Assembly: GCA_947366895.1 (NCBI GenBank)
Contig: CANBBP010000003.1
Span: forward strand, 40,544 to 104,543
Reading direction: 5' to 3'
Length of the DNA: 64,000 nucleotides
Source: an uncultured Clostridia bacterium
GTDB taxonomy: Bacteria > Bacillota > Clostridia > Christensenellales > UBA1242
Shown here: positions 1 to 12,746 of the stretch, one piece after another
Position numbering within the stretch: the first letter of the stretch is position 1
Layout: every line of letters starts with the position of its first letter
Translations under genes and position numbers: made by a program
The notes under the pieces: generated by a model
The model's database searches: none
The model's input: only the letters and a program-made list of their open reading frames with translations
What the model was told of the DNA's origin: nothing

Positions 1-1500
1 TATGGAAAGGCCTGGAAAAATAAAGAATCAGTAATTAATAATGTTATAGTTGCAAAAGCAAAAGCAGAAATGACTATACAACTTGCTAATCGTTTAGCAA
101 GTAACATTAATCAAAAGGCTTTAATAACATCATTAAATTACTTAAATAAAGAAGGCTCTTATGGTAAAAATGTAACAAAAGAATATAGTAAAATAGTTTC
201 AAAAAGCAAGGAACTTAATGCTCTTACAACTTCACCTAAACTTGAAAATACCCTTAATCATGTATTGGTTAAAACTCTAGAACAACAAACAACCAAAATT
301 GATTTAAAAGATAAAACCAATTATAGTATTTATAAAAAAGTATTAGATGTTGAACTTTCCTCTCATAACGAAGTTAAAAAAGAAGTTAATAAGGCTAATA
401 ATAAACAAAATCTAAAAGAATTTTTACTTGATACCTATGGAAAACACAATTCTACTTTAGATAATGAAGAAGAAATTAATGATAAAAAGTTTAAAACTTT
501 TGAAAAAATTATTGATAAGCAATACATTCATGAACCAAATAAAGAAGTAACTAAACCTATTGAAGAAGATTTCAAAGCAAAAGATATAGTTATAGATAAT
601 AAAGAAGAATATTTTGATTTTTATAATAACAAAATTGAAATTAACTTTAATTTAGATAGATTTAAACAACCTGAATCAGAAGAAAAAAAACTTGCTAAAA
701 AACAAAAAGAAAAGGTAGAAAAAAAGCAAGAGAAAAAACAAAATAAAATTCTTAAAAAACTTAATAAAAATGTTAAAGAATTAAATGCAGAATGTGACTT
801 AGATAGTGAATTTGAAAAATCAAAATTATCTTTAGGCTTATCTCCAAATGATAGCAAAAAGAAAAGAAAAAAAGCATTAAAATTATTTTTTGGTGAAGAA
901 AACAAAAAGCATAAAGCAAAGAAAGAAGAAAACTTATCTAGCAATAATAGTTTTGAAGACACCAATAAATTATCTATTATTGAAAAAATTGAAAAACAAA
1001 TTCGTTCTCAAAAATTATTATTTGGTAAAAAGATAAAAGAAACCAAAACTAAAAGTTCGGTAAAAAAACAAAACCCAAAATCAAAAAATATTTCTTTGTT
1101 TAATAAATCAAAAGATAAAAAAACAAGGCTTAAAAATGAACAAAAAACCAATCAGTCTGGTTTAAATGCCAATAAATTAGCACAAAGTAACAATCAAAGC
1201 AATGTAAATAGTCAATCAGTCGTAGAAGAATACAGGACAAAGAAAAAACAACAAATTAATGAAAGGTCCTTAAGTGACCCAATAATTCTTAACGACAAAA
1301 ATGAAAAAAAACAACTAGTCGAACAAAATGATTTTACAACAGTTAATATCCCCAAAAAACCAAATAACATTATTAAAAATGATGAACCTATTATGTCACA
1401 CTACGAAAAGACAAGTTTTCAACATAATCTTTATGAGCCACCAAAAAGTAAAGGAACAAAAAAGCAAAAGAATACCGAAGATTTGGGTCGTGAAATGTAG
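1..1500 (+). CDS. Lys/Asn/Glu-rich hypothetical protein, 5'-truncated by window edge
   Basis: The frame of ORF 70..1500 is open back to base 1 (YGKAWKNKESVINNVIVAKAKAEM...). Low complexity, no recognisable motif, ends ...EDLGREM. Confidence 0.7.
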   Translation, partial: YGKAWKNKESVINNVIVAKAKAEMTIQLANRLASNINQKALITSLNYLNKEGSYGKNVTKEYSKIVSKSKELNALTTSPKLENTLNHVLVKTLEQQTTKIDLKDKTNYSIYKKVLDVELSSHNEVKKEVNKANNKQNLKEFLLDTYGKHNSTLDNEEEINDKKFKTFEKIIDKQYIHEPNKEVTKPIEEDFKAKDIVIDNKEEYFDFYNNKIEINFNLDRFKQPESEEKKLAKKQKEKVEKKQEKKQNKILKKLNKNVKELNAECDLDSEFEKSKLSLGLSPNDSKKKRKKALKLFFGEENKKHKAKKEENLSSNNSFEDTNKLSIIEKIEKQIRSQKLLFGKKIKETKTKSSVKKQNPKSKNISLFNKSKDKKTRLKNEQKTNQSGLNANKLAQSNNQSNVNSQSVVEEYRTKKKQQINERSLSDPIILNDKNEKKQLVEQNDFTTVNIPKKPNNIIKNDEPIMSHYEKTSFQHNLYEPPKSKGTKKQKNTEDLGREM

Positions 1501-1545
1501 TTAAATGTTTTTAGTTTTTAATAAATTTTAAAAGGACAAATTATA

Positions 1546-2418
1546 ATGGAAATATTAAATGGTACACAAACTGCACTTAATATAAAAGAAAGCCTTACAA
1601 AAGACATTGAAGAAAACCTTATTAAAAAAGGACTACCTTCTCCAAAACTATGTGTTATTATTATAGGAAGTAATCCTGCAAGTGAAATTTATGTAGCAGG
1701 AAAAGTTAAAGCCTGTTCAAAAGTTGGTATTCAATCAGAAGTATATAGATTACCTGAAAACGTTAAAGAAAGCGAAGTTATTGATGTTATTAATAAATTA
1801 AATAGGGATAAAACCATCAATGGAATACTTCTTCAAATGCCTTTGCCACCTCATTTAAACGAACAAAAACTAATAAATTTAATTAGTTCTAATAAAGATG
1901 TTGATGGATTAACTCAAACAAACTTAGGTAAACTAATGCAACAAGATGAAAGTGGATTGTTGAGTTGCACCCCTTTTGGAATTGTAAAACTTTTAAAATC
2001 ATATAATATTGACTTAAAAGGTAAAGATGTTGTAATTATTAATCGTAGTTTACTTGTTGGGAAACCACTAGCTCTTATGCTTTTAAATGAAAATGCCACA
2101 GTTACTATTTGTCATAGCAAAACTAAAGACATAGCAGAAAAAACCAAAAAAGCTGATATAGTTATTGTAGCAGTTGGTAAGAAAAATTTCTTAACCAAAG
2201 ACATGATAAAAGATGATGCAATAGTTATTGATGTTGGTATAAATAGAGACACCAATGATAACAAAAAAATATGTGGAGATGTTGACTTTGAAAATGTTTC
2301 TAAAAAAACTTCCTATATTACACCTGTCCCTGGTGGAGTAGGACCTATGACTATTGCCATGCTATTAAGAAATACTTATATAGCAACAATTTCTTCTTAT
2401 AAAACAAAAGAAGAATAA
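1546..2418 (+). CDS. folD: Bifunctional methylenetetrahydrofolate dehydrogenase/cyclohydrolase
   Basis: Motifs YVAGK, GILLQMPLP, KDVDG, CTPFG, DVGINR, ITPVPGGVGPMT. Confidence 0.97.
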   Translation: MEILNGTQTALNIKESLTKDIEENLIKKGLPSPKLCVIIIGSNPASEIYVAGKVKACSKVGIQSEVYRLPENVKESEVIDVINKLNRDKTINGILLQMPLPPHLNEQKLINLISSNKDVDGLTQTNLGKLMQQDESGLLSCTPFGIVKLLKSYNIDLKGKDVVIINRSLLVGKPLALMLLNENATVTICHSKTKDIAEKTKKADIVIVAVGKKNFLTKDMIKDDAIVIDVGINRDTNDNKKICGDVDFENVSKKTSYITPVPGGVGPMTIAMLLRNTYIATISSYKTKEE

Positions 2419-2472
2419 GTTAAAAAAATCTTCATAATCCTTTAAAATAAAAGAAAGTATCAATATTAGAAT

Positions 2473-2508
2473 AAAAAAAATCGTTATTTTAAAAATAACG
2501 ATTTTTTT
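2473..2508. terminator. Bidirectional intrinsic terminator between convergent folD and gap
   Basis: A-tract, ATCGTTATTTT / AAAATAACGAT stem, T-tract. Confidence 0.85.
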
Positions 2509-2561
2509 ATAATTTACATTTAACATTAAAAAATATTTACTTAAAATATAATATTAAAATT

Positions 2562-3578
<1,017 letters not shown>

Positions 3579-3633
3579 TTAACTCCTTTTATACTCTTAT
3601 ATTATACTAATTAGAAATTTTTGTTACAACAAT

Positions 3634-4749
3634 TTAAACTAAATTTTCTGGATTTAAACCTTTAAGTTCTTCTAATACAAATTTTCCGTCTTTTCTTATT
3701 AAAATATCATCAAAATATATTTCTCCGCCACCATATTCTTTTGTTTGAACTTGAATTAAATCCCAATGCAAAGCAGATTTATTGCCATTATCACATTCAT
3801 CATAACAACTTCCTGGAGTAAAGTGAATAGAACCCATAATTTTTTCATCAAATAAGATATCTAACATAGGTTTTTTAATGTATGGATTAACTCCAAAAGA
3901 GAACTCCCCTACATATCTTGCTCCCTCATCTAAGTCAAAAATTTGCTCGATATCCTCATGACTAATAGAAGTTGCTTTAATAATCTTACCATCTTTAAAA
4001 GTTAGTGTAATATCTTCATGCCTTTCACCGTTGCTTGATAATATAGGAATATTATATTTTATAGTACCATTAACACTATTTTTTACAGGTGCTGTAAATA
4101 TTTCTCCATCTGGTATATTATGCGAACCAGAACATTTTATTGCAGGCAAGCCTTTAATTGAAAAAGTTAAATCGGTTCCTGGTGCAACAATTCTTACTTT
4201 ATCGGTTCGTTCCATTAACTTTTTTAATGGCTCCATGGCTTTATCCATTTTTGAATAGTCCAAGTTACAAACATCAAAATAAAAATTCTCAAAGGCTTCG
4301 GTACTCATTCCAGCATTTTGTGCAACCACACTTGTAGGATAATTTAAAATTACCCACTTTGTTTTTGGAACTCTAGTATCAATATGAACAGGCATACTAT
4401 AATTAATTTTATAAGCACGCATGTTATTTTTTGGAATGTCGCTATTTTCAAAAACGTTTTTACTTCTTATAGAAATATATGCATCCATTTTTTCCATTAC
4501 AGGCAAATCAAAACTACATGCTAACTTTTCTCTTTCATCAGTTGTTCCCATTAATAATTGTCTAGATAATTTTGACTTTTGAACATTTACAAATGGATAT
4601 GCTCCTACCTTATAAACTTCTTTTACCAATTCACATAAAAATTCTTCATCAGTATCCATTGCTTCAATTAATATTTTTTCTTTTGGTTTTAATGAACAAG
4701 AATAATTTATTAAATTTTTAGCTAGTTTTTTTAATCTTTCATCTACCAT
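3634..4749 (-). CDS. M29 family (AmpS/PepS-like) aminopeptidase
   Basis: NIPDGEIFTAP, GEFSFG, LFDEKI-GSIH, SALHWD motifs. Start placed at MVDERL behind SD AAGGAG. Confidence 0.9.
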   Translation of the reverse strand: MVDERLKKLAKNLINYSCSLKPKEKILIEAMDTDEEFLCELVKEVYKVGAYPFVNVQKSKLSRQLLMGTTDEREKLACSFDLPVMEKMDAYISIRSKNVFENSDIPKNNMRAYKINYSMPVHIDTRVPKTKWVILNYPTSVVAQNAGMSTEAFENFYFDVCNLDYSKMDKAMEPLKKLMERTDKVRIVAPGTDLTFSIKGLPAIKCSGSHNIPDGEIFTAPVKNSVNGTIKYNIPILSSNGERHEDITLTFKDGKIIKATSISHEDIEQIFDLDEGARYVGEFSFGVNPYIKKPMLDILFDEKIMGSIHFTPGSCYDECDNGNKSALHWDLIQVQTKEYGGGEIYFDDILIRKDGKFVLEELKGLNPENLV

Positions 4750-4946
4750 AATCTTTTCTCCTTTTTTAAATATATGGATTAATTTATAAAATAAAGTATT
4801 TATTATCAAGGTCTTAATTTAAATATTTAGTTTTAAGTTTTTTGTAATGCAAATTAATACTTTCTAGAAAAAACCTAAAGTTTAGCATTTTTATTAATTT
4901 AAAAAAACATTAATAAAAAGTATATTAAATTATTAAAAATAAATTT

Positions 4947-5801
4947 TTAGTTTTCTATATAAAGCTTAGGGGGGTCTTGTTTATTTTCATAATTTCTTAT
5001 ATCAAAAAAATGTTTTGGCAAAGTAGTAACAGAAATTGAGATACAAAAAGCAATAAATAATATACCCAATAAATTATAGACTAAAATATCTTGTTTAATA
5101 AAAATATTTAATAAAATTAGTGTTATTATTAAACTAAACATAACTATACTGCTTATAATAAACGAAAGTAATGCCCCTGTTTTTTTCTTATAATTTAACT
5201 TATAGGTTTTGGTGTCTTGAGGGATATAAATAGTTCTTGTTTCAAAACCTAGTAAATCTTTTGTATTTTTTAAGAAACAACACTTATTAGGTAAAACCTT
5301 TAAAAGTTCTAAAATGCTTTTATCTATTAAACCTAAAGAAACTAAATTCATTCTATCTTTTTTACCAGTAAATATATTAATAAAAAAGTTATATATTGCC
5401 TTTAATGTATTAAGTATAAACCCTTTAAATTTTGTTTGTTTTTTAATAACATGAACTACATTAATATTTTTTTCATACTTTTGCATACATTTTTCAAAAA
5501 CTAAATCAATCCTATTTATCTTTGTGTCACCCAACAATAAAACATCACCATCAAAATAAGATATTGCATTATAAAAAGCATCGTTATATGTGAAACATTT
5601 GTCTAATAAAATTAACTTATCCTTTTTATTTTTTTTAACTTCTGTTTCTAAAACTTTTTTATTTTCAACATCTGCAATATCACACACATAAATAAAGTTA
5701 TAATTTGAATATTTTTTAAAAAAGGTGGAGGATTTAAAGTTCTTCAAGCAAGTATCAATTTTATCACCCAGAAATACTGGAAAAAAATAATTAATTTTCA
5801 A
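4947..5801 (-). CDS. Degenerate GT2 (GtrB/ArnC-like) glycosyltransferase-fold membrane protein
   Basis: N-terminal FFPVF, FIYVCD and DVLLLGD sit where GT2 VIPVYNE, IIVDD and DxD motifs lie. Two C-terminal TM helices. SD GGAGG before TTG start. Confidence 0.55.
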   Translation of the reverse strand: MKINYFFPVFLGDKIDTCLKNFKSSTFFKKYSNYNFIYVCDIADVENKKVLETEVKKNKKDKLILLDKCFTYNDAFYNAISYFDGDVLLLGDTKINRIDLVFEKCMQKYEKNINVVHVIKKQTKFKGFILNTLKAIYNFFINIFTGKKDRMNLVSLGLIDKSILELLKVLPNKCCFLKNTKDLLGFETRTIYIPQDTKTYKLNYKKKTGALLSFIISSIVMFSLIITLILLNIFIKQDILVYNLLGILFIAFCISISVTTLPKHFFDIRNYENKQDPPKLYIEN

Positions 5802-6010
5802 TATTATGTCTTCCTCCTTTTTATTTATAACAAAATTAATTCTTCTTTAAGTATATTATATCAACGATTTTTTTTAAAATGATTTTAGCATTTTTTTGAT
5901 ATTCTTACACTTAAATAAATTTATTTACCAGTAAAAGATTAAAATACATTTAACATTTATTTTTATTTAGTCTAAAATATATATGTAAAAAAACTATATT
6001 AGGAGATTAT

Positions 6011-6928
6011 ATGAAAGAATATTTATTAAAAGATGCATTAAAAAATAATTATGCTGTTGGTGCTTTTAATTTCGCAAACTTAGAAGTTTTAAAAAGTATT
6101 ATAGCCGCTGCAGAACTTACAAACTCACCCGTTATTGCACAAATGTCAGAAAGTGCAATATCTTTTATAGGAGAAGAATATTTAAAGCAAATTATAATAG
6201 CAGCAAGAAAACAATGTAAAGTTCCTATTTCTTTTCATTTAGATCATGGTAAATCTTTAGATAGCATTAAAAAAGCAATAGAAATAGGTTGTGATTCTGT
6301 TATGTTTGATGGTTCCATGTTACCTTTTGAAGATAACATAGCAATTACAAAAAGTGTTGTTGATTATGCTCATGAAAGAGGAATATTTGTAGAGGCAGAA
6401 TTAGGTTCACTTGCTGGCATTGAAGATGAAATAAATGTCGATGAAAGTAAAAGTTTCTATACTGACCCTATGCAAGCAAAAGAATTTGTAGAAAAAACTG
6501 GAGTAGATAGTTTAGCAATAGCTATAGGAACAAAACATGGCGCTTACAAGTTTGGAGGAGATGCAAAACTAAGGTTTGATATTTTAGAAGAAATAGAAAA
6601 GTTAATTCCTAATACTCCACTTGTATTACATGGAGCAAGCGGTGTTGATGAAAAAAGTGTAGATAGACTTCTAGAATTAGGTGTAAATATTAAAGGAGCA
6701 AAAGGTGTTGCTGATGAATTGCTTGCTGAAGCTTGCAAACATCATATTTGCAAAATAAATGGAGACACCGATTTAAGAATTGCTTTATTAATGGGCATTT
6801 TACACAATGTTGAAGAAAATAATAAAAATATTGACTATAGAAAATATTTAACCGAAGGCATGGCAGAAATTACAAAACTTTGTGCAAACAAATTTAAACT
6901 TTATGATAGCAGTAATAAAGCAAAATAA
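6011..6928 (+). CDS. fba: Class II fructose-bisphosphate aldolase
   Basis: AVGAFN, HLDHG, SVMFDGS, EAELG, GTKHGAYK, LVLHGASG. Confidence 0.95.
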   Translation: MKEYLLKDALKNNYAVGAFNFANLEVLKSIIAAAELTNSPVIAQMSESAISFIGEEYLKQIIIAARKQCKVPISFHLDHGKSLDSIKKAIEIGCDSVMFDGSMLPFEDNIAITKSVVDYAHERGIFVEAELGSLAGIEDEINVDESKSFYTDPMQAKEFVEKTGVDSLAIAIGTKHGAYKFGGDAKLRFDILEEIEKLIPNTPLVLHGASGVDEKSVDRLLELGVNIKGAKGVADELLAEACKHHICKINGDTDLRIALLMGILHNVEENNKNIDYRKYLTEGMAEITKLCANKFKLYDSSNKAK

Positions 6929-6985
6929 TTATCAAAATAATAAAAAATTTATTATTTTTTAGATAAATTTTAAAAATATTTATAC

Positions 6986-7017
6986 AAAAAAACAAGTTCA
7001 ATAGAACTTGTTTTTTT
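6986..7017. terminator. Bidirectional intrinsic terminator
   Basis: AAAAAAACAAGTTC-aata-GAACTTGTTTTTTT between convergent genes. Confidence 0.85.
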
Positions 7018-7101
7018 AAGGAAATTACTGAAAAGTAGCAATTTTCCATTATTAAAAAAGTTAATTAAATAATTAAAAATTTACTTATTTTTTTAATGCG
7101 A

Positions 7102-7539
7102 TTAAATAATTAAAAATACTATTAATAATACACAACTTACTACCGATAAAATTGATAAAATTATACCTATAATTCCTATTGATTTTCTGTTTAATCTAAC
7201 CTGTAACACTGCAAAAACGAAAGCATACATTGACATAATTAAAGGTATTACTACACACCCTAATATGCTAACTATCATAATTAGCACTACCGAAACACCT
7301 TGAAATTCTATATTTATTAAAGTAGTTACCAAACAACTCAAAGAAACAATAATTGCTATAATTGATAAGGAAACAGACAAAATGCCATATCTTTTAATTT
7401 TTTTTCTAGATGAATCAGGTAAATCTTTATATTGGTTGTAGTTATCTATCAAATTTCTAAACAAAAAAAAGCCAGTTATTTTACCTATTGCATCTTTATT
7501 CTTATTGGCATCTTTTTTTTCTTTCAAACTAATTGACAT
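7102..7539 (-). CDS. Hypothetical membrane protein (3 TM)
   Basis: 145-aa ORF with SD GAGG and three hydrophobic segments. Confidence 0.75.
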   Translation of the reverse strand: MSISLKEKKDANKNKDAIGKITGFFLFRNLIDNYNQYKDLPDSSRKKIKRYGILSVSLSIIAIIVSLSCLVTTLINIEFQGVSVVLIMIVSILGCVVIPLIMSMYAFVFAVLQVRLNRKSIGIIGIILSILSVVSCVLLIVFLII

Positions 7540-7646
7540 AATTATCCTCTAAATTAATTAAAATTACTTGTTTTTTAATACTTTCTAAAATTTGTAATTT
7601 AATTATATATAATTTAGGTTGTGAAATTATATCAAAATTATCATAA

Positions 7647-8126
7647 TTATTCTCTAGTTACAAAATGATTTAAATTGTTGCTACTTAAAAAATGTTGAAC
7701 AACATCTTTTGGTCTTACATCATAATCCAATAGCTTGTTTTTATCAACCCATTTAAATCTATGAATAACCATTCCAAACTTATCTTGTTCTTCAATTATT
7801 TTATCTTGCATAGATATACAATTATCTTTTGGTGAAGCAGTATAATAATAACATAACTCGTGATAATTGCTATCCCTTAAAAAATAAAAATTTTCACTAG
7901 AGGCAATTAGTGTTTTTATTTCTACATCAAAAAAAAGTTCTTCTTTTAGTTCCCTATCAAGAGCTGTTTTTGTATCTTCAAAAAGTTCTACATGCCCTCC
8001 TGGAAAGCAATAAAAAGGATTTTCATTTATTCTAACTATTAGCACTTTTTCTTCATTTTCAACTATTCCAGCCACTCTAAATTTAAATTTACTATTTTCA
8101 TTTTGTATTCTAATATCCTGTGACAT
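7647..8126 (-). CDS. NUDIX hydrolase
   Basis: Nudix box FPGGHVELFEDTKTALDRELKEEL. Confidence 0.9.
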   Translation of the reverse strand: MSQDIRIQNENSKFKFRVAGIVENEEKVLIVRINENPFYCFPGGHVELFEDTKTALDRELKEELFFDVEIKTLIASSENFYFLRDSNYHELCYYYTASPKDNCISMQDKIIEEQDKFGMVIHRFKWVDKNKLLDYDVRPKDVVQHFLSSNNLNHFVTRE

Positions 8127-8242
8127 TTTTTCTTTTTCCTTTAAATTATTTAATTTTTAGGTTATTTATAATTATTCAAATATTTGAATAAATATTTGTT
8201 AGTATAAAATATTTATAATTATTTTTTTACACCATAATATTT

Positions 8243-8273
8243 AAAAAGCAAGTCAGTTTTTAGACTTGCTTTT
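8243..8273 (-). terminator. Intrinsic terminator after the ftsH operon
   Basis: AAAAGCAAGTC / GACTTGCTTTT stem with T-tail on minus strand. Confidence 0.75.
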
Positions 8274-8366
8274 AGTTCTTATTAATAATTAAAGTTTAAA
8301 AAGCAACTAAATAATTAACTAAAATTCTAATCGTTATTTATTTAAAATAATCCTAGCCATTACAAA

Positions 8367-9002
8367 TTAGATTGCTCTTTGTTTATGTGCATCAATTAAT
8401 AAATTAGCATAATTATATAATTCAGAAGTAACCATTTTTCCCTTATAATAATATCTAAAAGTAATTTCATTACCTGAATCATAATCATCATTATAAGCTG
8501 TTGGTAAACCTATGATAATTTCTTGCCATTCAGTGCTTTTACTTACTGTAAAGCATAAACGTTTATAAGTCCAAGTAGTATCAACATTTTGAATATGTTG
8601 TTCTTCATTATATAAGAACATAAATGTTATATATTCTTCATTATCTTTATATTTGTTAATTTTATGCTCAATATTGTTAGCATAATTATCTACAAATTCT
8701 AATCCTGCACCTAATTCACCTTTAAACATTGCAGATAATGCTTTTTGCTCAAAACCCCTATTGAATAAATCAAATATCTTATTTATTCTTTCAACATCAG
8801 ATCCACTATCTTCCCTTCTATGAAGTTCTAATTTATCTCTATTATCATCAATTAGATTGGTGTATATATATACATCATTAGGCAAGTTTATTGCATCATT
8901 TCCTCCAACAGGAACAAGCCCCAATATTAATGTAATTATTCCTAAACTCATAATTACAACTACTAAACTTATGCTTATAATATATTTAACTTTCTTACTC
9001 AT
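8367..9002 (-). CDS. Hypothetical N-terminally anchored exported protein
   Basis: Basic N-terminus plus one hydrophobic helix, SD GAGG, 22 bp after the ftsH stop. Confidence 0.75.
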   Translation of the reverse strand: MSKKVKYIISISLVVVIMSLGIITLILGLVPVGGNDAINLPNDVYIYTNLIDDNRDKLELHRREDSGSDVERINKIFDLFNRGFEQKALSAMFKGELGAGLEFVDNYANNIEHKINKYKDNEEYITFMFLYNEEQHIQNVDTTWTYKRLCFTVSKSTEWQEIIIGLPTAYNDDYDSGNEITFRYYYKGKMVTSELYNYANLLIDAHKQRAI

Positions 9003-9024
9003 ACTCGTCCTCTAAATAATAAAA

Positions 9025-11487
9025 CTACTTATTATTTTCTTCATTATCAGTTTTGTTATTCTTATTTGCTAAACTTTTTTTAGTTTTAGAATCTTTTTCT
9101 TTATCAGTATCTTTAAGGGATGTAGCATTTTCTTTATTAGCTATTTCCTCTTTATTTCCACTGATTATAGTTTTATCTTTTTTGCTTTTGTTACTATTAT
9201 TAGTTTTTTCTTTGTTATCATTTTTATCCTTGATGTTATCAGAAGAAGTAATAATCTCTTTAGCATTATCCTCTAATTTTTCTACGATATTTTTATTTTG
9301 ACTTTCTTCTGTTTCGGATTGTTTTTTTAATTTCTTACCCTGTGACATCTCAAATTTTGCTTTAAGTTCGTTTACTTTTTCTTCTGCTTGTTTAATAACT
9401 ATGTCACAATCTTGTTTAACCTTATCAATTTCTTCTTGATTTATTACACCACCGCTTCTTAAAGCTTCTGCAGTTTTAATTCTTATTGCTTGTTCTTTTT
9501 TTGCTCTTTCAAGTTCTGCTTCAGCTCTTTCTATTTCAATTTTAGCTTTATTTCTAATTTCTTCTTTTTCCATAAAGTTAAGAACTTGCTTTGTGGTTTT
9601 GCCTTTCATAATAAGTTCAACTTCATTGAAGTAGATTGTTTCTTTTTCAAGAAGAACTCCTACCATAGTATTCATTTCTTTAATATGAGAGGTAATTATT
9701 TTCTTTGCCCTACTATAGCAATCTTTAATAATTTTATCAATTTCTTTATCAATTTCAGAGGCTGTTTTTTCGCTGTATGTTACTTGATTTTGATAATCTC
9801 TACCTAAAAATACTTCATTGCTTGAACCAAAATTGATAGTACCTAAGGTTGAACTCATTCCCCATTCAGTAACCATTTTTCTAGCGATTTTAGTTGCTCT
9901 CTCGATATCGTTAGATGCTCCTGTTGAAACATCTTTAATAAACACTTCTTCTGCTACTCTACCACCTAAAAGCATGGTTATTGTATCAATAAGTTTATTA
10001 AATGACATATGCTCTTCATCTTTATCTGGTCTACTTAAAGTATATCCTGCTGCCATTCCTCTAGGGATAATAGAAACCTCTTGAACAACATCACAATGGG
10101 TCAATAATTTACCAACAACAGCATGACCTGATTCATGGTAGGCAGTTATTCGTTTGTCGCTTTCGGTAATTATTCTGCTTTTCTTTTGAGGCCCCATAAG
10201 AACTTTATTAATCGATTCGGTAATATCGGTCATAGTTACACGTTTTCTATTTGACCTAGCGGCTAAAATAGCTGCTTCATTAAGTAAATTTTCAAGGTCT
10301 GCTCCAGAAAAACCACTTGTTAATCTTGCTATATTTTTAAAGTCAACTGAACTATCTATAGGTTTATTTCTAGCATGAATTTTTAATATCATTTCTCTGC
10401 CCTTAACATCAGGAGTATTGATATATATTTGTCTATCAAATCTTCCTGGACGCATTAAAGCAGGGTCTAATACATCACTTCTATTTGTTGCTGCAATAAC
10501 AATAATCCCTTCATTGCCTTCAAATCCATCCATTTGAACCAATAATTGATTTAGGGTTTGTTCTCTCTCATCATTTCCTCCACCTAAACCAGTGCCTCTT
10601 TGGCGACCTACAGCATCTATTTCATCAATAAATACTATACAAGGTGATTGTTTTTTTGCTTGATCAAATAAGTCTCTAACCCTTGAAGCACCAACACCAA
10701 CAAACATTTCTACAAAGTCTGAGCCACTTATAGAAAAGAACGGAACATTACTTTCTCCAGCTATTGCTTTTGCTAGTAGGGTTTTACCGGTTCCAGGAGG
10801 GCCTACAAGCAATATTCCTCTAGGAATTTTAGCTCCTAATTCAGTAAACTTTTGAGGATTTTTCAAAAATTCAACAATTTCTTGAATTTCTTCTTTTTCC
10901 TCATCAATACCTGCTACATCACCAAATTTAACCTTAACATTTTGGGCAATTTGAGCCTTTGTTTTACCAAAGTTAAAACTCTTATTATTTGCTCCTAAAA
11001 TGTTTTTAACAAGGATAAAGCCTATAACAACAATTATAACAATGCTTACATAAGGAAGAAGAGTTTCCCACCATGAAGAACTTGCGTGAATATTACTAAA
11101 AGAAATGGTTATCCAATCGGTGTTGCCTGAAGTTTCTCTAGCTTCCATGTATTTATCAACTAGTTCTTGAATTTTATCTGCATCTTTTTCTAGGAACCAA
11201 TAAAAATAATAATCACAGTTTTTTGTTATACCATTTAATTTATAATTGCTGCCTTTTTTGAGAATATATCCCATACCATTGTTACTTATAACAATGTGTT
11301 CAATTTCACTTTCTTTATTTCCATCTCCAATAAGTTCTTCCAAAGTTGTTGTTCCGTTTGGAAGTGGCTTACCTGTAATATAAATTTCTTTACCTAAGTT
11401 GGAAGCAGTAGTAAGATAGATTATCAATACTACAAGCCCAAGAGTTAGTAAAATAAAAAGCCAATTTCTTAACTTGTTGCTTTTCAA
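9025..11487 (-). CDS. ftsH: ATP-dependent zinc metalloprotease FtsH with long charged C-terminal extension
   Basis: 2 TM, Walker A GPPGTGKT, Walker [24 protein letters not shown] zinc motif. Start placed at the TTG behind SD GGAGGAG. Confidence 0.97.
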   Translation of the reverse strand: MKSNKLRNWLFILLTLGLVVLIIYLTTASNLGKEIYITGKPLPNGTTTLEELIGDGNKESEIEHIVISNNGMGYILKKGSNYKLNGITKNCDYYFYWFLEKDADKIQELVDKYMEARETSGNTDWITISFSNIHASSSWWETLLPYVSIVIIVVIGFILVKNILGANNKSFNFGKTKAQIAQNVKVKFGDVAGIDEEKEEIQEIVEFLKNPQKFTELGAKIPRGILLVGPPGTGKTLLAKAIAGESNVPFFSISGSDFVEMFVGVGASRVRDLFDQAKKQSPCIVFIDEIDAVGRQRGTGLGGGNDEREQTLNQLLVQMDGFEGNEGIIVIAATNRSDVLDPALMRPGRFDRQIYINTPDVKGREMILKIHARNKPIDSSVDFKNIARLTSGFSGADLENLLNEAAILAARSNRKRVTMTDITESINKVLMGPQKKSRIITESDKRITAYHESGHAVVGKLLTHCDVVQEVSIIPRGMAAGYTLSRPDKDEEHMSFNKLIDTITMLLGGRVAEEVFIKDVSTGASNDIERATKIARKMVTEWGMSSTLGTINFGSSNEVFLGRDYQNQVTYSEKTASEIDKEIDKIIKDCYSRAKKIITSHIKEMNTMVGVLLEKETIYFNEVELIMKGKTTKQVLNFMEKEEIRNKAKIEIERAEAELERAKKEQAIRIKTAEALRSGGVINQEEIDKVKQDCDIVIKQAEEKVNELKAKFEMSQGKKLKKQSETEESQNKNIVEKLEDNAKEIITSSDNIKDKNDNKEKTNNSNKSKKDKTIISGNKEEIANKENATSLKDTDKEKDSKTKKSLANKNNKTDNEENNK

Positions 11488-12213
11488 TGCAATCTCCTCC
11501 AATATAATAATATTATATTATCATATAAGTATTTCTAAATCAATAAAATTAATACAAATTACAAAATAATTAACTAAACATTATATAATTAATATTTCAT
11601 TCTTTTTAACTCCGACTACTTATACGACAAAATTTTTAAAAGGCTCTATTCATTTGATTTTTAAAGAAAACTAGCCATTCCAAAATAATTTTTAATGGTT
11701 ATATATTTATAACTAATTTGGTTTTTGCTTAATTGTTTTTTTTAATTTTAATCAATAATAGGAAACTCCTTGCTCCTTTTTTTGTTTCAAAAAACAAATG
11801 CTTCCAATAAATTAATTTATTTGTACATTCAATATTATCTATAGAGTTATAAATTGATAAAAAAGAAATTTTAAAATCTTATCATGTTTAAATAAAAGAA
11901 GTTTGTATATTAAAAACTTAAAAGAGTTAAAGTAAAGCTTTGGTTTTTCATAGTTATAGCAAACTAAATGAATTTAATTTTTTTCTTATTTATAAATAGA
12001 ATATTTCTATAAATCATAATCTTCTTTTTTTAATTATAAATTAATATTAGCATTAGTGCCTAGGTGAAAAATAATATTTGGTATTATTTAAAGGCTTAAA
12101 TAAAACAAGCAATATTAATTTACATAGATGCTTTCTTAATTTATGCTATTTTATAAAACTTTTAATTTATATCTTTATGCAATTATTTTTGAGTCGATAA
12201 TTAAATTATAAAA

Positions 12214-12229
12214 TGTTCCACGTGGAACA
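12214..12229. other. parS centromere site 1
   Basis: TGTTCCACGTGGAACA, matching the Firmicute Spo0J/ParB consensus. Palindrome extends 12209-12234. Confidence 0.95.
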
Positions 12230-12410
12230 TTTTAGTAGACATATGCAATAATATTAAAAACAACAATAAATATCCTATATAAAGCATTTTAAATAATATT
12301 TTATTATTTCGTTAACAATTATTAATTTATTTGATTTTGGTAAACAAATATTAATATATATTTATTTTAGCATTCGTATAATGACATATAGCCTAAATTA
12401 TATTGTAAAA

Positions 12411-12426
12411 TGTTCCACGTGGAACA
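12411..12426. other. parS centromere site 2
   Basis: TGTTCCACGTGGAACA, palindrome extends 12407-12430. Confidence 0.95.
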
Positions 12427-12531
12427 TTTTCTCATTTTGCATATAAAAACAATAAACTAAAATGAATTAATTTATTTTGCTAATCATTTTCTTGCTGCGT
12501 ATTACAATATTAATCTAAATAATATAAATTT

Positions 12532-12547
12532 TGTTCCACGTGGAACA
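12532..12547. other. parS centromere site 3
   Basis: TGTTCCACGTGGAACA. Confidence 0.95.
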
Positions 12548-12746
12548 ATTAGGCAAAAACACATAAAAATATTAAGCCTGAAGTAATAAGCAAGATAAAA
12601 AGGTTTTATAAAACATTTCAAATAACATTTTATAACTTGTTTAGTAAAATACGTTTTATATTAATGTTTATTAAACATTATTAAAAGAATATTTATTTTT
12701 AAAGGTTTTTAAATAATATAAAATATAATCATTATAAATAAAAAAA

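Noticed and set aside
11520-12200. Decayed tilS/hpt upstream of ftsH
   Set aside because: I could not recover any recognisable motif in the minus-strand frames; left as AT-rich non-coding DNA.
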